From: a virus | Taxonomy: Duplodnaviria; Caudoviricetes | Virus record (IMG/VR): IMGVR_UViG_3300036819_000112 | Coordinates: 1-57,156 of that record | Direction: 5' to 3' (one strand) | Length of the DNA: 57,156 bases | In this document: one piece after another, positions 56,548 through 57,156 of the stretch | Position numbering within the stretch: position 1 is the stretch's first letter | How the letters are laid out: each line of letters opens with the position of its first letter | Program-made: the position numbers and the translations under genes | Notes under the pieces: generated by a model | The model's database searches: none | Seen by the model: the letters and a program-made list of their open reading frames with translations, nothing else | Told to the model about the DNA's origin: nothing

Positions 56548-56763
56548 GCGCGCACGAATATCGCGATGTGGCTTCACCCGCCGCGGGGCCGTTGTTGCAG
56601 TACAGTGAATTGCGTTCTGTTAAACTTCCTGCAACTTCAAAAAGTAAGCCCTCGGCTGTTCTAAGCAACCGAGGGCCAGGAGGTCATCATTTCTACAGAT
56701 ACAGAATATTTCATTAGTCCTCCCAGCGCAAGCCCAGCGTCGGGGCAAACGTCTGACAACAGC

Positions 56764-57039
56764 GTGACATCACACGCGCGCGTCCGCATTGTCCGGCGCT
56801 GCCATGACTGCGGTGCAACTCCGCGTGAGGCGACGTTCCCCGGCACGCGCAAGCCCAGCCAGATCGACCGCTGCATCGATTGCCTGGCCGAACTTGAACG
56901 GCTGGCGGAAGCCACGCCTGCGCGCTTCGCAAAGCCCGCGAAGCCGATCCAGACCCGACGGAGGTATCGCGCTGCATTCTGCTACCGGGCGAAGCAGGCC
57001 CAAGGGGATCTGGTCGACCTGCTGGTGCCACCGCCATGA
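56764..57039 (+). CDS. Small Zn-finger protein
   Basis: CHDC...CIDC; stop overlaps the GcrA ATG across the circular junction. Confidence 0.6.
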   Translation: MTSHARVRIVRRCHDCGATPREATFPGTRKPSQIDRCIDCLAELERLAEATPARFAKPAKPIQTRRRYRAAFCYRAKQAQGDLVDLLVPPP

Positions 57040-57156
57040 GCCGCGGCGACGGATCAGGCCTATGGCAGACCGAGAGGAATCTTTCGCGCCTGCGTGACGA
57101 ATGGGCCAAGGGCACAAGCACCGCCGAAATCGGCCGGCTGCTCAGGGCGTCGAAAA
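57030..57156. repeat. Terminal direct repeat (assembly overlap), right copy
   Basis: Identical to 1-127. Confidence 0.95.

Noticed and set aside
56647-56677. GCCCTCGG...CCGAGGGC hairpin as an ncRNA
   Set aside because: Single copy with an adjacent A-run; consistent with an ordinary terminator-like hairpin, no further support

Overview
The window is a complete, circularly assembled genome (~57,029 bp; bases 1-127 are repeated at 57030-57156) of a GC-rich temperate tailed phage with P22/podovirus-like morphogenesis genes. An alphaproteobacterial host is inferred from the GcrA homolog, the DUF29 gene and an alpha-type LexA box. Modules: cI/cro immunity switch with CCAAC-N5-GTTGG operators; rightward early operon (GcrA, replication initiator with internal iterons, Dam-family MTase); NusG-like antiterminator, a second tyrosine recombinase and a ParB-MTase; terminase, portal, scaffold, capsid, adaptor, tail and ejection genes; lysis; accessory morons; integrase/excisionase; ERF/YqaJ recombination. 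The most unusual signals are: (1) five Cys-containing or chaperone-like proteins in the virion operon with cleavable Sec signal peptides, four with Gln at +1, suggesting periplasm-matured virion parts; (2) a four-copy covarying pseudoknot-like RNA motif in tandem pairs directly upstream of the scaffold and capsid genes; (3) an unannotated 24-aa peptide/GNRA hairpin/HTH cassette; (4) an overprinted ORF in the large ejection protein; (5) a multi-repeat head-tail adaptor; (6) a long intergenic inverted repeat; (7) a LexA box on the lytic promoter beside a repressor without a protease domain. All family calls come from motif recognition by eye; no database searches were run.
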